Shown here: piece by piece, positions 39,112 to 50,720 of the stretch
Layout: each line of letters starts with the position of its first letter
Numbering within the stretch: position 1 is the stretch's first letter
Assembly (NCBI RefSeq): GCF_964204645.1
Contig: NC_134026.1
Span: forward strand, 16,092,150-16,156,149
DNA from: Tubulanus polymorphus
Taxonomy: Eukaryota; Animalia; Nemertea
DNA length: 64,000 bases
Direction: 5' to 3'
Notes under the pieces: generated by a model
The model's input: the letters and a program-made list of their open reading frames with translations, nothing else
Told to the model about the DNA's origin: nothing
The model's database searches: none
Translations under genes and position numbers: made by a program

Positions 39112-39459
39112 ATGAATATAACTGTTGGACCGAGCATATGTTTTGGATTTAATTTTGAGAAAGAAATGAAATTTAACATTACTGATGTAATAACACATAT
39201 CAAAAATATTGTATTTTCTAATGAAACAACATTTGAGTATGAAAAAACAATAGATAAAGAAACTTTAAATGTAGAAAAGATTACTTATTTAATTAGAGAA
39301 TCTTTAAGATTTTATGAATTAGATGAAGATTTTATTATCGATGATATTAAAAAAATAATAATTGAAATATATACAAATGAAACTAGTAATGAAATAAATG
39401 TTGAAATAATCATCACTAAGATAACTAAATATTTTGAAGATGGTAATTTTTTTGATTAA
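39112..39459 (+). CDS. Polinton hypothetical protein (115 aa, acidic)
   Basis: Intact ORF with TAAATG start, tightly packed with its neighbours. Confidence 0.6.
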   Translation: MNITVGPSICFGFNFEKEMKFNITDVITHIKNIVFSNETTFEYEKTIDKETLNVEKITYLIRESLRFYELDEDFIIDDIKKIIIEIYTNETSNEINVEIIITKITKYFEDGNFFD

Positions 39460-39462
39460 TAA

Positions 39463-39684
39463 ATGAGTGATAATAAGTGGATAATAACTGGATTATATAA
39501 TGGAGCCTTACTATCCGTTGGAACTGTTGGTTATTCAATGGTATTAAAAAAAGTATTTAAAATGGGAAGTGTTAATGTTGATAGATTTGATATAAATGAT
39601 ATTTTAAAATTAACATTAGCAGTTACTTTATCTAATTTAACTATTGATTATTTGGAAAAACAAAAATATATTCCTCCTATATAA
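39463..39684 (+). CDS. Small hydrophobic Polinton protein (73 aa)
   Basis: TAAATG start; two hydrophobic segments; ends DYLEKQKYIPPI. Confidence 0.65.
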   Translation: MSDNKWIITGLYNGALLSVGTVGYSMVLKKVFKMGSVNVDRFDINDILKLTLAVTLSNLTIDYLEKQKYIPPI

Positions 39685-39708
39685 ATGCGTAATTATTTTA
39701 CTAAATAA

Positions 39709-40131
39709 ATGGCATCTGCAATTATAACTATTATAGGATCGGCAATTGTTAACGCTTTAGCATTTACTGGTGGTGGATATTTATTTAAGCATATTGATAA
39801 AAATGGTTCATTATCAGAACAAAAAAGACATAACTTAGCATTAGAAAAATATAATAAAGCTGCAGAAGAATATACAGAAAAAATACAAAACTATATGGAT
39901 TACATCAATAAAGAATTATATGATCAGAAGATTTCACATAGAGATTTTCAATCAGTCGATGATGCAATGAGTTTATATAACGCGGTAACCAATAAAGAAA
40001 AATTACATCTATACAAACCTAAATTATCAGATTATTATACACCAAGTAAAGAACAACAGAAATATGAAATAATTTGGATTTTAGGCGGAACTGTTATTGT
40101 TATATTTGTAGCATATAAATTTACTAATTAG
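39709..40131 (+). CDS. Polinton membrane/coiled-coil protein (140 aa)
   Basis: TAAATG start; N-terminal hydrophobic GSAIVNALAFTGGGYLF, EQKRHNLALEK coiled coil and C-terminal TM segment. Confidence 0.7.
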   Translation: MASAIITIIGSAIVNALAFTGGGYLFKHIDKNGSLSEQKRHNLALEKYNKAAEEYTEKIQNYMDYINKELYDQKISHRDFQSVDDAMSLYNAVTNKEKLHLYKPKLSDYYTPSKEQQKYEIIWILGGTVIVIFVAYKFTN

Positions 40132-40151
40132 TAATTTATTTTGCTAAATAA

Positions 40152-40588
40152 ATGGATGATAAAGTTGATAATATTGATATTATTCCTCATGATATAAATA
40201 AAACTAAATTAAATACATATTTAGAAAACCAAATATTAGAATTTGAAAGTGACTTAAAGATAAAAAAGAAAAAATATTTAAAAAGTAAAATTATATATTA
40301 TCTTATTATCAGTGGTTCAGTTACAATTAGTTCTGTTTATAAAATTTCTAGCAATATTCAGTCCATTAACACCTTTAGCTATATCAATTGGTGTGCTAGG
40401 ATTAAGTTCAAGTGTTTTAACTGGTATAAGTTCAAAATTAAATATAAAAAGTAATAAAAAAAAAAATTAAAACTAATATAAAAGAAATTAATAAATTGAA
40501 GAATACACTAGATTATATAATAAGTTTAAATAGCCATATAACAGTTGAAGAACAAGATAAATTATTAAAAGAATTAATAAATTATTAA
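40152..40588 (+). pseudogene. Polinton coiled-coil/TM protein, frameshifted
   Basis: TAAATG start; the hydrophobic segment continues in an alternate frame after ~40340. Confidence 0.5.
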
Positions 40589-40603
40589 TTTTTTATTATA
40601 TAA

Positions 40604-41880
40604 ATGGCAATTAGTTTTCCAAAAGCTTTTCAATATAATAAATCAATTAAATATAATATTCCAGCAATAGATTTTAATAAAGATATTACATATAGAAATA
40701 AAGTTTTAGATTCATTAACTAATTTAGAAATTTATATTACTGAAACTAATAATTTTAATGGAAAGATGGGAAATATATTTCATGTATATTTAATTAATTT
40801 TAAAAAATTGAAAGATGAAAAACAATGGTTATTAAAATCTAATATGAAGTATTGGCAGAACCAATTAAATTTTGCAGTTTATTGTGCAACAACAGGATGT
40901 GGAATAAGTTTGAATGATCATTTGAATAATTCTAAATATAAATTGATTCAAAGTTTATTTAGATTTCATACATACTTTCAAATAAGATTAATATTAAATG
41001 AATTAGAGACCCCTTTACCAGGATCTAGGTATTTTAAAGAGTTAGATAATAATATAAATTTATCAAAGTTTTTAAAATGTATCAAAATGTTGCAGCATAT
41101 TGTACACTTCCCATACCATCTAATACTTTTTATAATATCTATAATAATAACTTAGGTTATGGTAAAATAGAAACTAAAGATTTAGAAACATTAAATTTCA
41201 ATAAATTACCGAAATTCAATGATAATTTAAAACAAGAAAACAAAAACGGTTGGGTTTATTTTATTTTAGAAAATAGTGAAGGATTTACTAAAGCTGGTAT
41301 ACAAAGAATAAATCAATCAATTAGAACTTATTTGATATGTATTTTAGGTGCGCAAGTTGAAACAAGATCCCCAATAATTGGAAATTTAAATACATCATTT
41401 GATACACAGAAACAATTCAAAGTATTATTTGAAGATTCAATTCATAATGACAAAAATAGATCGATTGCAGAAAACATTGTCAGATATCAAAATTATTTAG
41501 ATAAATCACATATAAGATTAAATTATTGTATAGGCCCTAATCTATTAATTATGTCTAATGATTTAGGATTAAAGATGGGAAACATAATTGGTTACAATAA
41601 TCTGATAAAACTGCAACAATAAATAATTCATTTGGATTAAATGAAATAAATAAAAAGATTATTACTGCTCCAAAACTAATGGAAGGCGAAAAAAATTAAA
41701 AAAAACATATTCAATCAACAGAAACTAAAACTAAGAATATTTAATTAAATAATGATTATAAAATAAAAGATTACAATACTTCACACGGTGATATTCAACA
41801 TGATATAATTAAAACTGATAATGATAATAAATCCCATGAAAATGCTAAATTAGCTATAACTTGTATAGGAATTGTAATCG
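40604..41880 (+). pseudogene. Conserved-looking Polinton protein (YWQNQLNFAVYCATTGCGIS), frameshifted
   Basis: ORFs 40604-41155 and 41077-41622 overlap in different frames; KAGIQRINQSIRTYLICILGAQVETRSPI. Confidence 0.65.
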
Positions 41881-41883
41881 GAA

Positions 41884-43312
41884 ATGACAGAAGGTGTAGA
41901 AGATATTCCAATGGAAGACATGGGAAATAATAATGATGATAATAATGATGATGATAATAATGTTGTAACTAATAATGATAATGATGATGAAACAGCGTTT
42001 AATTCTTATTTAGGAAATAGTGGTTCTAATGCCCCATCAACAGATGAATATGATAGAAGAACTAGATCGAGAATAGATCCTGAAAATGAAAATTCAGATT
42101 TAGTAAGACAAAATTTAGAATATAATGAATATATTCATCATTTCCAACCTGTATGATCTGGATATAATATCAATGATAGAGGTGCTAGACTTTTAGTACA
42201 AGAATTAAAATTTTTAGATGGTGAACTTTATTATCGTTTGAAAGATGATTATTATATTGATATCTCTTATAAAAAACAAAACAAAATATTAGCAGAATCA
42301 ACTTTGCTTGAGTTAGACCTATCTAGAATTAAAAGAATAAGAAATAGTAATGAAAGAGAAACTGTTACCAGCACAGAAATTATTAAAAATGAAAGAGTAT
42401 TTAAACAAAGAATTAACGACTTATTTGAAACAATCAATAATAATTTAGAACCAGAAACAACTTCTGGTAAACTTAAATCAAATAAAGTTCCAATTGAAAA
42501 ACTTTTACCAAATGGATTACTTGATGCAACAGATCAAGAATTAGAAGATTTATATATATTTTCTGATAAAGCAATAAGAGTATATTAGTATAAGACTTGC
42601 ATCTGATAAAATTGCGCATGATAAAAGTATAAGAGATTTTAAAATTAGAACTTTGGAAAAAGATAGAACTGATAAAATTAAAGAAATAGAACACCTAAAA
42701 TTAGATAGAGATAATAAAGTTATTGAAGAAATTGAATTTAAAAAAAGAAATGCATATTTAGGAAAAGACAAAGATTATTTAGAATATAACATAGAATTTC
42801 AGAAAGAATAAATTAAATTATTATTAAAATCATTTGATTATAATATTAATAGATTAAAAGTTATTTTTAAAGATTTGTTGATAAAACCAAATTCTGAAAT
42901 ATCATAGAAAGACAGAATAAAATTATTATTTAAATTAGAAGGTATAACAATTCTTTCAATTCTAACAGCTGTAACTATGGTATTCACAACAATAGGTTTA
43001 GCTATATCAAATTCATTGAAATCTACTCCTACTCCCAATAAACCAGATAAACCCCCGAATGATAATAATTCTATACAAGATAAAGTTAAGGATGGTTTAA
43101 AAATATTAGCAAAATATTTATGGGAACTATCTAAAAAATCTGCTGCAGCTTTACCCGGAGTTATTGCATCAATTGTTGGTTTTATATTGAAATCTGCTTG
43201 GAATATTCTTAACTTTGCTGCTGAACATATTATTTTATTTTTAATTACAGTTGTAAGTGCAATTATTTTTGGATTAGTGAATATGATATCAAAAAATATC
43301 AAGAAAACATAA
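41884..43312 (+). pseudogene. Polinton acidic/coiled-coil protein with C-terminal TM helices, frameshifted
   Basis: Fragments 41884-42156, 42238-42588 and 42977-43312 (KSAAALPGVIASIVGFILK...IILFLITVV). Confidence 0.6.
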
Positions 43313-43362
43313 TAGAAAATAAACATGATTAAAAATAAATAATTAATTTTTTTGTTAAATAA

Positions 43363-44608
43363 ATGAATGGGAGTTATATAAGTCCTTCTGAGAATTCTAG
43401 AATATCTAATGCTATTAAAGCAGAAAGATCACATCATATAATTACTCATAATCCTTCTAATATTAATCCTGATGAAACTTTATATGTTAGAATCCCTAGA
43501 TTAACACAAAATACTTTTTATGTTCCAAATAGTATTTATTAATCAGCTGATATAAAAGTAACCGGTAATAATGATAATTATGTTATTGATAATGTTGGAA
43601 GATATTTGATTAAAAATTTAACTACGAAGATTGGTCCAGAAACGGTTTTCTCATTAGATGATTATAATTTATTTATGCTTTATAAAGATTTATGGTTAAC
43701 AAAAGAAAATAGAAATAATATGATATTTCAAGGGATCCAATCAGAAAACCAAAATAAATTAAGATCAGAAGCTAATAATGCAGTAGTAACTAATGATGTA
43801 GATAATTTGATTAAAAAGATTTATGGAAGCAAATAAAATTCCATTAGACTTTGAATTGATGAATAATAATGCACCTTTATATGAATACGCAATTCAAGAA
43901 GATGTTATATTCGAAATAACATTTGCTCCTGTAAATGAAATTGTATTATATAGCGTTGTTAAAGATATGGGTTATAAATTATCGAATATATGTTTAGAAT
44001 ATGATACAGTAACTGATGAAAATATTGCTAACTCAATTCAAACTCAATACAATCAAGGATTTTCATTATTATATGATTATATTGATAAATTTAAAACTGT
44101 AACTATTAATGCAAATGATGAAATAATTAATGAGAATATTAACTTCCCAAGAAGATCTATTAAAGGTATATTAATATTTTTTACCATTGCAACATATTCT
44201 AATGGCGCAATAAATGTTGATAATTATTATAATCCTGAGATAACAAAAGTAGAAATAACTATCGAAGGAATAGCAAATAAAATATTTTGTCAAGGAATGA
44301 GAATGATAGATCAATGGCCAGAAATTAGAAAACATTTTATGAATGAAAAAGTAAAATCATCTGAAAATTGTAATAGTAATCAAATTGAATATTATACCAG
44401 CAATAAATATGCATTATGGTTAGATTGCAGAACAACTGAAGATAATTTTTTACATGGTTCTGGGAAAAAACTACAGAACACTAAAGATGTAATACAATTA
44501 TTCATGAAAAAGAAGAAAGGAAGCTTAAATTTCAAAATGCACATTTATATTATATCTGACGCGCAATTAAATATTATGAATTCTCAATTAGAAAGTATTC
44601 AATATTAG
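43363..44608 (+). pseudogene. Major capsid protein (double jelly-roll); one stop (~43540) and one frameshift (~43830)
   Basis: MNGSYISPSE..IKAERSHHIITHNPSNINPDETLYVRIPRL..NVGRYLIK..YKLSNICLEYD..NINFPRRSIKGIL..YYNPEITKVEITIEG..KYALWLD.RT.EDNFLHGSG..YIISDAQLNI; ~415 codons. Pattern recognised from invertebrate Polinton MCPs. Confidence 0.8.
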
Positions 44609-44638
44609 AAATATTAAGTTAAAATTAACGATATATAA

Positions 44639-45639
44639 ATGGGTGGTAAAAAACTCCTAATACTAAAGAACATTATTTAAGAAATCTATATTACAACCCT
44701 GAGAGTTCGGTTGCTTATTCTTCTGTAAAAAATATATGGCGCCAAATAAAACAAGATAAATTTGATAAGATAATCCCACAAAATTTTGTTAAATATAAAG
44801 ATATAAATGATTTTATGTTAGAGCAACCAACATATACAACGCATAAAAAAATTGTTAGAAAATATAAAACTCGTAAAACTAAGTTATGTAGATCAACAGT
44901 GGCAAGGAGATTTAATTGATATGAAAAATGTTAAGAAAGATAATGATGATTATTGGTTGATCTTAAACATAATTGATATTTTTAGTCGTTATGTACGGAG
45001 CTTCCCACTTTATAGAAAAGATGCCCAAACATCACATGTTTTAAGAAAATTTCTTTCAGGTGGTAAACTAAAGCCAGAAAAAATTCAATTTGATGATGGA
45101 AAAGAATTTGATAATTCATCTGTTTATGAACTCTTAAATGTTCATAATATTAAATATTTTTCAACAAAATCGGTTAAAAAAGCAGCAGTTGTTGAACGAT
45201 TTAATAGAACATTGAGAACAAGAATATCAAAATATTTCACTATTGGAATGAAACCTATTGATGCTAGAAAACCTGAAATTGTTTGGAATAATTTATATGG
45301 GGCATTTCTTGTAGATGATTTTGGTGAACCTAAATTTAAAGTTGGTCAAAATGTTAGAATTTCTAAATATAAAAAGATATTCGATAAAGGATACGATCGA
45401 AATTTTACTAGGGAAATATACAAAATAAAAAAGGTAATAACAACAAAACCATATGTCTATAAATTAGAAGATTTAGATGGTGAAGAAGTTGATAGGTATT
45501 TTTATGAAGAAGAATTGAGTTTAACTACTGAAAGACTAGAACAAGAATATAAAATTGAAAAAGTATTTAAATAAAAACTGTTAAAAGAAAAAAATATTCT
45601 TTAGTAAAATGGGTTGGATGGCCAGATAAATTTAAGTAA
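44639..45639 (+). pseudogene. Retroviral-type (RVE) integrase with C-terminal chromodomain, frameshifted
   Basis: LYYNPESSVAYSS, QWQGDLIDM, IDIFSRY, IQFDDGKEF, KAAVVERFNRTL, PKFKVGQNVRISK, FYEEEL, YKIEKV...LVKWVGWPDKF. Confidence 0.92.
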
Positions 45640-45667
45640 GTAATCAAGTAAAATTAAAAATATATAA

Positions 45668-46275
45668 ATGAATAAGGAATCATTTATATTTGAACCTCAT
45701 AATATGTTAATTTCTGGCGTAACAAATTGTGGAAAAACTTATTTTATATTAAATTTATTAGAAACTATTTATAAAACTATTTTGATAATATAGTATCATT
45801 TTGTCCAACGTATGAATTTAATCAAACTTATGATAGAAATATTACTAGAAATAATAAATTCATTATATTAGATCCTAAAACAGTTAAAGAAAATTTAGAT
45901 AATTGTATTAAAATAGCAATTGATATTTATAAAGGATCAAATACATTATTCATTATAGATGATTGTGCTTATCTACATGATTCAAAAATTAGAGAGAGTG
46001 AGTTATGCTATTTAGCTTTCTCTGGGAGACATTTTGGGATAACAACATGGGTTTTAAATCAAAAATATAATTCAATTGTTAAAGATTTTAGGGAGAATAT
46101 AAGATTTCTAGTTTTATTTTATAACAAAGATAGAAAATCGATGAAAAATGCACTTGAGGAAAATGATATTATTCCACATGATTTACATAATGAATATATG
46201 GATAAATTGAAAAATAATAAAAGATCAAAATTACTATTTCGATTACAACACCCATTTAAATATGAATTTATTTAA
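45668..46275 (+). pseudogene. A32/FtsK-like genome packaging ATPase (absent from ORF track; 1-nt frameshift at ~45775)
   Basis: Walker A ISGVTNCGKT, Walker B LFIIDDC, SGRHFGITTWVLNQKY, FRENIRFLVLF. Confidence 0.9.
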
Positions 46276-46277
46276 AT

Positions 46278-46450
46278 TCAACTGGCTTGTTAATCTAGTT
46301 GAATTCTAGTTACATTCTAGTTGAATTCTAGTTATTGGTAGTTGGAACAAAATCAACTAGATTTAACAAGAAATAAATAAAAACAACAATATATCAACTA
46401 GCTTGATAATCTAGTTGAATTCTAGTTACATTCTAGTTGAATTCTAGTTG
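46278..46450. repeat. Duplicated ~55-bp block of 11-nt TTCTAGTT(GAA/ACA) units with hairpins, intergenic in the Polinton
   Basis: tcaactrgcttgwtaatctagttgaattctagttacattctagttgaattctagtt at ~46278 and ~46394. Confidence 0.85.
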
Positions 46451-46481
46451 CAACAATACAACTAATTTGTTTGTTATATAA

Positions 46482-47074
46482 ATGGGAGGTGAAAAGAAAA
46501 TAAAATCTAAAAATGGTGATGTTCCACTTGAAAAAACTTTAGATGATTTAGGAATAACAGAAACAAAATTAACTCCAGATGATGGTGCTTTAAATAATGT
46601 TACAACACAAATAATAATTATGAATATTATCTTTATTGCAAACATCAATTAGAAATATTAATAGCGTCTGGAAAATGTAAAAATTTTATCGGTAAAAATT
46701 TAACTTATAATGAATTAGATACAATGAAATCAGATGAAATTATTAGATTATTTAAGATTTATGAAACCGCGAGAACAGCTAGAATTAATGATGCGATATC
46801 AGAAAATGTAGTAAAAGGTTATAGTAAATTATGTAATCATATGCTGCCAATTCAAGATGAAAATAGATTATATGCTGATTTAAAAAATGATTATTTAGTT
46901 ATGACTGAATTAAATAAATGGATTGGATATTTATCATTTCAATTAGGTGGATTTATGACATTATTATCAACTGGAGTTATAACATTTTCAAATATTGAAA
47001 GTAAAAATATTTCTATAATAAATGAACAAGGTGGAAGAAGTGAAGAAAAAACCGAGAAGTCCGAAACAAATTGA
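46482..47074 (+). pseudogene. Polinton hypothetical protein, frameshifted
   Basis: TAAATG start; LIASGKCKNFIGKNLTYNELDTMKSDEIIRLFKIYE...LYADLKNDYLV. Confidence 0.6.
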
Positions 47075-47399
47075 ATGGTCTCGGCAATTAGGAATTAAAT
47101 CACAACAATATAAAAAAGCTGTAAAAGAAAAAATAAGTAATAGAAATGGTGAAAATATTGTTATTTCTACTCCATCTAATAAAAGATTATTTGATAAATA
47201 TCTATATTTTACAGCTGGATTTGTAATTGTATTCATTTTGATTGGGTGTAGTTGGTATAAGAAATCAAATAAAATTCATGATATTAATAATTCCGAAACA
47301 ACTGAAATTAAAATCGAAAATACTTCTGAAATTCCAAAATTGACAATAAAAAAATGGATTAATATTTTAGAAAAAAGCAAAAAAAATAGTTTTTTTTAA
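47022..47399 (+). CDS. Polinton basic protein with one TM helix (125 aa)
   Basis: TAAATG start; KKKPRSPKQIEWSRQLG; TM YLYFTAGFVIVFILIGCSWY. Confidence 0.6.
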   Translation: MNKVEEVKKKPRSPKQIEWSRQLGIKSQQYKKAVKEKISNRNGENIVISTPSNKRLFDKYLYFTAGFVIVFILIGCSWYKKSNKIHDINNSETTEIKIENTSEIPKLTIKKWINILEKSKKNSFF

Positions 47400-48299
47400 A
47401 TTGATTGAATATCACCTTGATATTAAACCTAATTAATAGTTAGTTAAGTTGTTTCTTATTTTGAAGCTTTTACTTGAATATTGTATTACAGTCGTTTCTT
47501 ATTATTAGTTTTTTCTTAAATTGAAAGATGGCAGCACTGGGTGTGATGCTGAAATGAATATTTGAATTTGAATTTGTTAATCAATTACCATGGATAATTT
47601 GATTAAAAATTAGATCATAATTAAGTTAAAAATCCATAATTCATTTATCAGTTTTCATTCTTATATTCTTTTCATTCGGAATAATTTGTAATTTCAAATA
47701 ACGTAAATACCGTTTATATTGACTTTTGAGTGTTTTAGCTAAGTATATAAGGCAATTCATTCCACCACTGGAGTGCCGCCGGGCTTGGCTTGCAGGGGCA
47801 TTTCGAAAATGCACCTTTGTCCACCCTCCGTGGTTCTCCTTCAGTTTCGACTTTCGATCCTCCTTTCGGGGGTAAGGGGTTGATAGGAAATGCATTAGGC
47901 GCCTTTATTGTAATGTGTTTCCTGTCAACCATTGAAGGAGAATTGGTGAGGCGTGGGTCGCAGGGGTGTAATTAGAAATGTTGGGAGATAGGTATCTCGT
48001 GGCTCCTCAAGTCAAGTCGGGTGGTTTTGCTAAAACTTACCTTGAAAACTGAATTCCTTTTAATCACGAGAGAGAATGTATCCTGTGTGTTGTATGTACT
48101 GCGTGCTTATTATATAACTGCTAGCTATCCAATATAACTACAACGTTTGAATTGCAACACCTGTTTGATCGATCATTATTCAAATGAAGTACTCTCTTAT
48201 AATAACATGTAACAGATGTTTGGCTGGCATGATTATAGTTGTTCGTAAAACGACTAAGGTCATATTGGATTCTAGATATTCATTATTTTTATTTTTCAT

Positions 48300-48626
48300 T
48301 TAATCAACAATTTCTAAATCATGATGACCGTCTTCATTTTTTCCATGATAGATTATTTTAAATCCTTCCAAATCTTTTAATTCCTCTGTACTCAATGAAA
48401 CCCATTTATCAGGTAAAAATACTTTAAATTCTCGCGATGTACTAACATTACAGTAGCTTAAATTCGCTGATACTTCCTCTTCATATTTAGTTTTTATCTT
48501 TTCTAATTTCAATATTTTATGTTCGATTTCTTTTGTAACATCAACTAACTTTTTTATTTCAAATTGTTTTTTTGCTGGTTTTATTCTGTTATTTATTGTT
48601 GCTAAGAATGCTTTTCTATCTCCCAT
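48300..48626 (-). CDS. Polinton right-terminal small protein (108 aa), possibly OB-fold/ssDNA-binding
   Basis: Intact ORF whose TAAATG lies in the right TIR; KILKLEKIKTKY...FKVFLPDKW...IIYHG. The fold assignment is a guess. Confidence 0.65.
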   Translation of the reverse strand: MGDRKAFLATINNRIKPAKKQFEIKKLVDVTKEIEHKILKLEKIKTKYEEEVSANLSYCNVSTSREFKVFLPDKWVSLSTEELKDLEGFKIIYHGKNEDGHHDLEIVD

Positions 48627-48711
48627 TTATTAGGAAAAAAAATTACTTGTGGTGATGAGTGGTGTCTCGACCTCTCGACCTCTGATCTGAAAGCACCATT
48701 TTCCTAATACT
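48619..48711 (-). repeat. Polinton right terminal inverted repeat (93 bp)
   Basis: Matches the left TIR; includes the ATG of the 48626-48300 gene. Confidence 0.95.
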
Positions 48712-49094
48712 TATCCTACTAGCTAAAGCCACCAGGGGCGGATCCATACCCAAATTTAAGCGGTAGCAATCATTCAATTGCCATGGGCACCTTCCCGAAT
48801 TTCTCGAACGACGAGGAAGAGAGCACCGAAGTTGCGAAGCCATCCCGGGTTGTTTGGGGTTCTCCCGCAAGAAATTGCTTGTTAAAATTTGAAGCACTAT
48901 CATCCCATTTGAGGCATCAACCAATCACACTGAGATTCGTGGAAAGTCACCACCAATGTTTTTTTTAAATGTTTGCCGCCAAATATCAAGAAAGCATTAT
49001 AGATATAAGGTCATTAAGCTATACGTATTAATCTACTCATCCCTGCTGAGATGTTAGAGACAGTTGTCTGAAGAGAAAACTTCACTAACCTGCG

Positions 49095-49800
49095 ATGAAG
49101 AAACTGATGCCTATAAAGATGTTTTTTATGTATCGACTGATGAAACTCATTGAAAGTATAGATTACAAAATACACAAGGAAAATCAAATTTACATGATCA
49201 AAAGAAACTGCAATGCCGGTACAGTGCCAGTTCCAAGACACGACATCACCCACTGTAACTGGTATTCTATCGGGAAAATTATGAACTATGGATGGCATTT
49301 CTATTTACCAATCGAGATTGCACGATCGTTTTCCGAGTTATGTTTCCTGGGAAACGAGGCATCGGTAATCGACTTGGCCGTACACGATTTTCTGCATTAT
49401 TTGCCACTTGTAGACAAAGAAGTGCTCGAACAAGCTCAAAATGGTGTATTTGACGCCGATGAAGTGACCGAGGTCATAACGAGCTATCATCTGAAGACAT
49501 TCCCAATGGTTAAAAACATGAATCGTCTTATCCCAGAGCTCGCGAGAAAAAAAGTCTTGCATGAGCCCAGTTAATTTTGTGAAGGGTTACTGGGTAGAAA
49601 AGTGATGTGACTGTCGGTTTGACATGATGATGGATTCGGAAGAAATGTACAGTTAGCTAGCCCAAACGAGGAAGAAATCGCTAAATTTCTGAAAAGATTA
49701 ATTGAAGGCTTAAACTTAGACATCTTGGAAAAATTCACGTGATTCTGTAGCGGGTCAGGTGTAATGGGTCTCAATGTTGATGGAACGTATTTCAAGATAA
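49095..49800 (+). pseudogene. HECT/G2E3-like accessory protein of the IS3EU-like element
   Basis: WYSIGKIMNYGWHFYLPIEIARSFSELCFLG...FLHYL..DKEVLEQA...LIPELARKKVLHEP, followed by a KFLKRLIEGL..LEKF..FCSG-like fragment. Confidence 0.5.
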
Positions 49801-50049
49801 GCGTACGGTTCATGATCTGACCGGAGCTAGTCGTGCGAGTATTGGAACATCTGCGCGAGTATGATAACTTAGATATTGGGTCGGAGTTCACGGCAATACT
49901 TACATCTAACCATGGACGTATAAACTAGATTTATACGTCTAGTTTATACATCCATTATCTAACGTATGTATTGTATTGGTAATGGATTTTGCATAATGCA
50001 ATTGATTTATTTGAGGTCTTAAGTACAGTCTCATAGGTATTTTCGAACG

Positions 50050-50720
50050 TTTATAGCGTAAAGGACTCACTCGACATGCAAGAGTAGAAGATACTCTTAC
50101 CTGAATTACACGCATTCATGAAACAAAACTGGAGAAGGCTCTTCTCACCCAGTGTAAAAGCCATTTTCTTGTAGCCGTCTAAATAGATCGAACCAAAAGT
50201 AAAAGCTCTCTTTCCGTGGAATACCCCACGCATCTCCATCCTCTGGTTTGCAGTGCTACTGCCCCTCAGATAACTGTGAATATCGATCGTTGTGATCGCT
50301 TCTGAGAAATATTTACATTTGCTTCAGTATTGTATTCTCTGTTCCACCACCTGCCCTTTATCTAGATGGGCAACAACCTTTGGACTCTACTGCCCCTAAG
50401 AAATACCCAGAGATGATACGGGGATCGTTGTTCGTTGTCCAAACATCTTGAGAATCCATCACAAAAACCAAACAGTTTAACTTGTCATATCCGTCGAGAT
50501 GCCAAATTGCGTTAGGCCCAGGAATTTCATACAAACGCCGCTGGAGTCGATTTACTGTCTTTGCGTCACTCCTTCTGGGCCTGATATGCCGAGCAGTAGT
50601 CGCAGCACATTCTGTGGAATTCTCATGCCATGTTCGATACACTTCAAAAACGTCCATCGATATCCATGCAGATGGCCCGATTTATCTAACTGATGTGTTA
50701 TAAACAGAGCTATGTCAATG
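50050..50720 (-). pseudogene. IS3/integrase-core DDE transposase fragments
   Basis: RLQRRLYEIPGPNAIWHLDGYDKL, TNNDPRIISGYFL, CPSR*RAGGGTEN, GSSTANQRME. Confidence 0.8.

Larger units (their letters stand above)
26039..48711. mobile_element. Polinton/Maverick-type endogenous virus (22.7 kb including a 6.3-kb LTR insertion; ~16.4 kb net)
   Basis: 5'-AGT...ACT-3' ends, 93-bp TIRs and perfect 6-bp TSD TATCCT (26033-26038, 48712-48717). Encodes pPolB, RVE integrase, A32-like ATPase, and major and minor capsid proteins; visibly far more AT-rich than the flanks. Confidence 0.96.

Noticed and set aside
26039-48711. Polinton as contaminating viral or bacterial contig
   Set aside because: Perfect 6-bp TSD, matching TIRs, a nested animal LTR element and decayed genes indicate genuine integration.
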